Under the pieces are notes generated by a model. That model saw only the letters and a list, made by a program, of their open reading frames with translations, did no database searches and was not told where the DNA came from. Shown piece by piece: positions 63,111-64,000 of a stretch of DNA of 64,000 nucleotides (the stretch's first letter is position 1; each line of letters begins with the position of its first letter). The stretch is from an uncultured Alphaproteobacteria bacterium. Lineage in GTDB: Bacteria; Pseudomonadota; Alphaproteobacteria; CAAGCB01; CAG-977. A program made the translations under genes and the position numbers. The stretch lies in assembly GCA_934277945.1 (NCBI GenBank), contig CAKQWA010000005.1, positions 7,022 to 71,021 on the forward strand. Direction: 5' to 3'.

Positions 63111-64000
63111 ATGCGTTTTGTTTTGCCTTTCCTTGCCGCCTGCTTCATTCCTTATGCCGCTTGCGCCCAAAACGCGCCGGCTCAACCGCAAACGCCCGTT
63201 CAAAAGGAATCCGTGCGCCGCACCGTCAAGCCCGTTTCAACGGGCGCGTCGACCGAAAAGCAGATTCTGTTTGAAACATGGTGGAAACGCTACACGGACG
63301 TCGTCGTGCAGGAACTTCAAAACGAAGCGTCGCCCATCAAACAGTTCGCGGGCGTGCGCTCCAAACCGGAACGGCAGGCTTTTCTGGAAGGCAAAACCGA
63401 CAAGGAAAAAAACAATCTTCTTTTGTACGCCGTGCTGTACACGCCTTTTGACGTCGTGACGACCGTCCTGCCTTACGTCAAAGACCGCTCCGTTTTGGAT
63501 CAGGCGTTTTTAATCAGCCTGTCGCGCTACGATTTCAACACCGCGAACGTCGTCAAAGCCTTCACTCAGGCGGGCGTGAACGTCAACACGAAAGATTATT
63601 ATTCCAAAGTCACGCCGCTGATGCTCGCCGTCGTTTTCGGCAACACGGAAGCGGACGTCGAAGCCGTTTTGGACGCGACAAGCGATCTTGACGCGGCGGA
63701 CGACATGGGAATGTCCGCGCTGACCTACGCCGCCAGATACGCCGTTTCGCCGGCTTTCGTCGATATGCTTCTGGACGACGGCGCGAATATGCAAATCACC
63801 GACAGGCGCGGCATGACGGTCTTGCAACACCTGCGTCAAAACAATTTCATGCCGCAAAACGAGGCTTATCAGGCTTTGCGCGAACGGCTGGGCGAAAAGA
63901 AGTTCGTCGAGAAAAAGCCGAAAACGCGGGAATTCATGGAAAGCCTGCTGAACGGACGCTACGACGAAGCGACGAAATATCTGCAAACGGGCGTGGACAT
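63111..64000 (+). CDS. secreted ankyrin-repeat protein (3' end off window; not in the ORF track)
   Basis: Hand translation from ATG 63111 is open to the window end. Signal peptide is MRFVLPFLAACFIPYAACAQ. ANK-like repeats include TPLMLAVVFGNTEADVEAVLDATSDLDAAD and MSALTYAARY...MLLDDGANMQ. Confidence 0.7.
   Translation, partial: MRFVLPFLAACFIPYAACAQNAPAQPQTPVQKESVRRTVKPVSTGASTEKQILFETWWKRYTDVVVQELQNEASPIKQFAGVRSKPERQAFLEGKTDKEKNNLLLYAVLYTPFDVVTTVLPYVKDRSVLDQAFLISLSRYDFNTANVVKAFTQAGVNVNTKDYYSKVTPLMLAVVFGNTEADVEAVLDATSDLDAADDMGMSALTYAARYAVSPAFVDMLLDDGANMQITDRRGMTVLQHLRQNNFMPQNEAYQALRERLGEKKFVEKKPKTREFMESLLNGRYDEATKYLQTGVD

Overview
The window is bacterial chromosome carrying a ~40-kb temperate prophage next to tRNA-Gln(CUG). 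No taxon can be assigned from sequence alone.

Layout:
- 1-6340: AT-rich surface-polysaccharide locus. It holds a split transketolase 3' end, an SDR epimerase, two GT2 glycosyltransferases, a ColD/E1-like sugar dehydratase, and a decayed ferredoxin/pyruvyl-transferase pseudogene.
- 6475-7670: a tail-fibre plus chaperone pair lying outside the prophage repeats.
- 7880-47923: the prophage, bracketed by 153-bp direct repeats (149/153 identical). The right copy ends 6 nt inside tRNA-Gln.
- 48000-64000: host housekeeping genes: trpS, a GGGtGRT/NifU-like pair, a cold-shock gene, a pilin-like gene, a cation antiporter, tlyA-dxs-ispA-xseB, class I lysyl-tRNA synthetase, a DinG-like helicase, and a secreted ankyrin protein.

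Prophage organisation:
- Minus strand, late genes in T7-like order: terS, terL, portal, scaffold, capsid, tail tubular A and B, internal virion proteins, a 3384-aa multi-domain protein, tail fibre, then the lysis cassette.
- Minus strand, early genes: Cro-like protein, DUF2303, VRR-NUC, a replication initiator containing iterons, and a DnaC-like loader.
- Plus strand: CI/S24 repressor with a lipoprotein, then a RecE-like/RecT module, YopX, a C5-methyltransferase, ASCH, and a large serine integrase.

Most interesting observations:
1. The serine-integrase ORF has no stop of its own. It reads through the repeat and ends inside the tRNA. The left repeat copy would give the excised phage form a different, longer tail ending in -SAA.
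2. A 65-aa protein in the lysis cassette resembles the glycyl-radical C-terminus of class III ribonucleotide reductase (NrdD).
3. The giant virion protein carries HExxH, ART-like and ParB-like motifs plus an AT-rich in-frame cassette.
4. Eighteen TCGCAT iterons sit in strict 10-bp register, including a perfect 2 x 120-bp tandem duplication.
5. A 10-bp phased repeat array plus a terminator lies upstream of terS, and further terminator-like hairpins lie inside the late operon.

All family assignments come from motif recognition and gene order. No database search was run.
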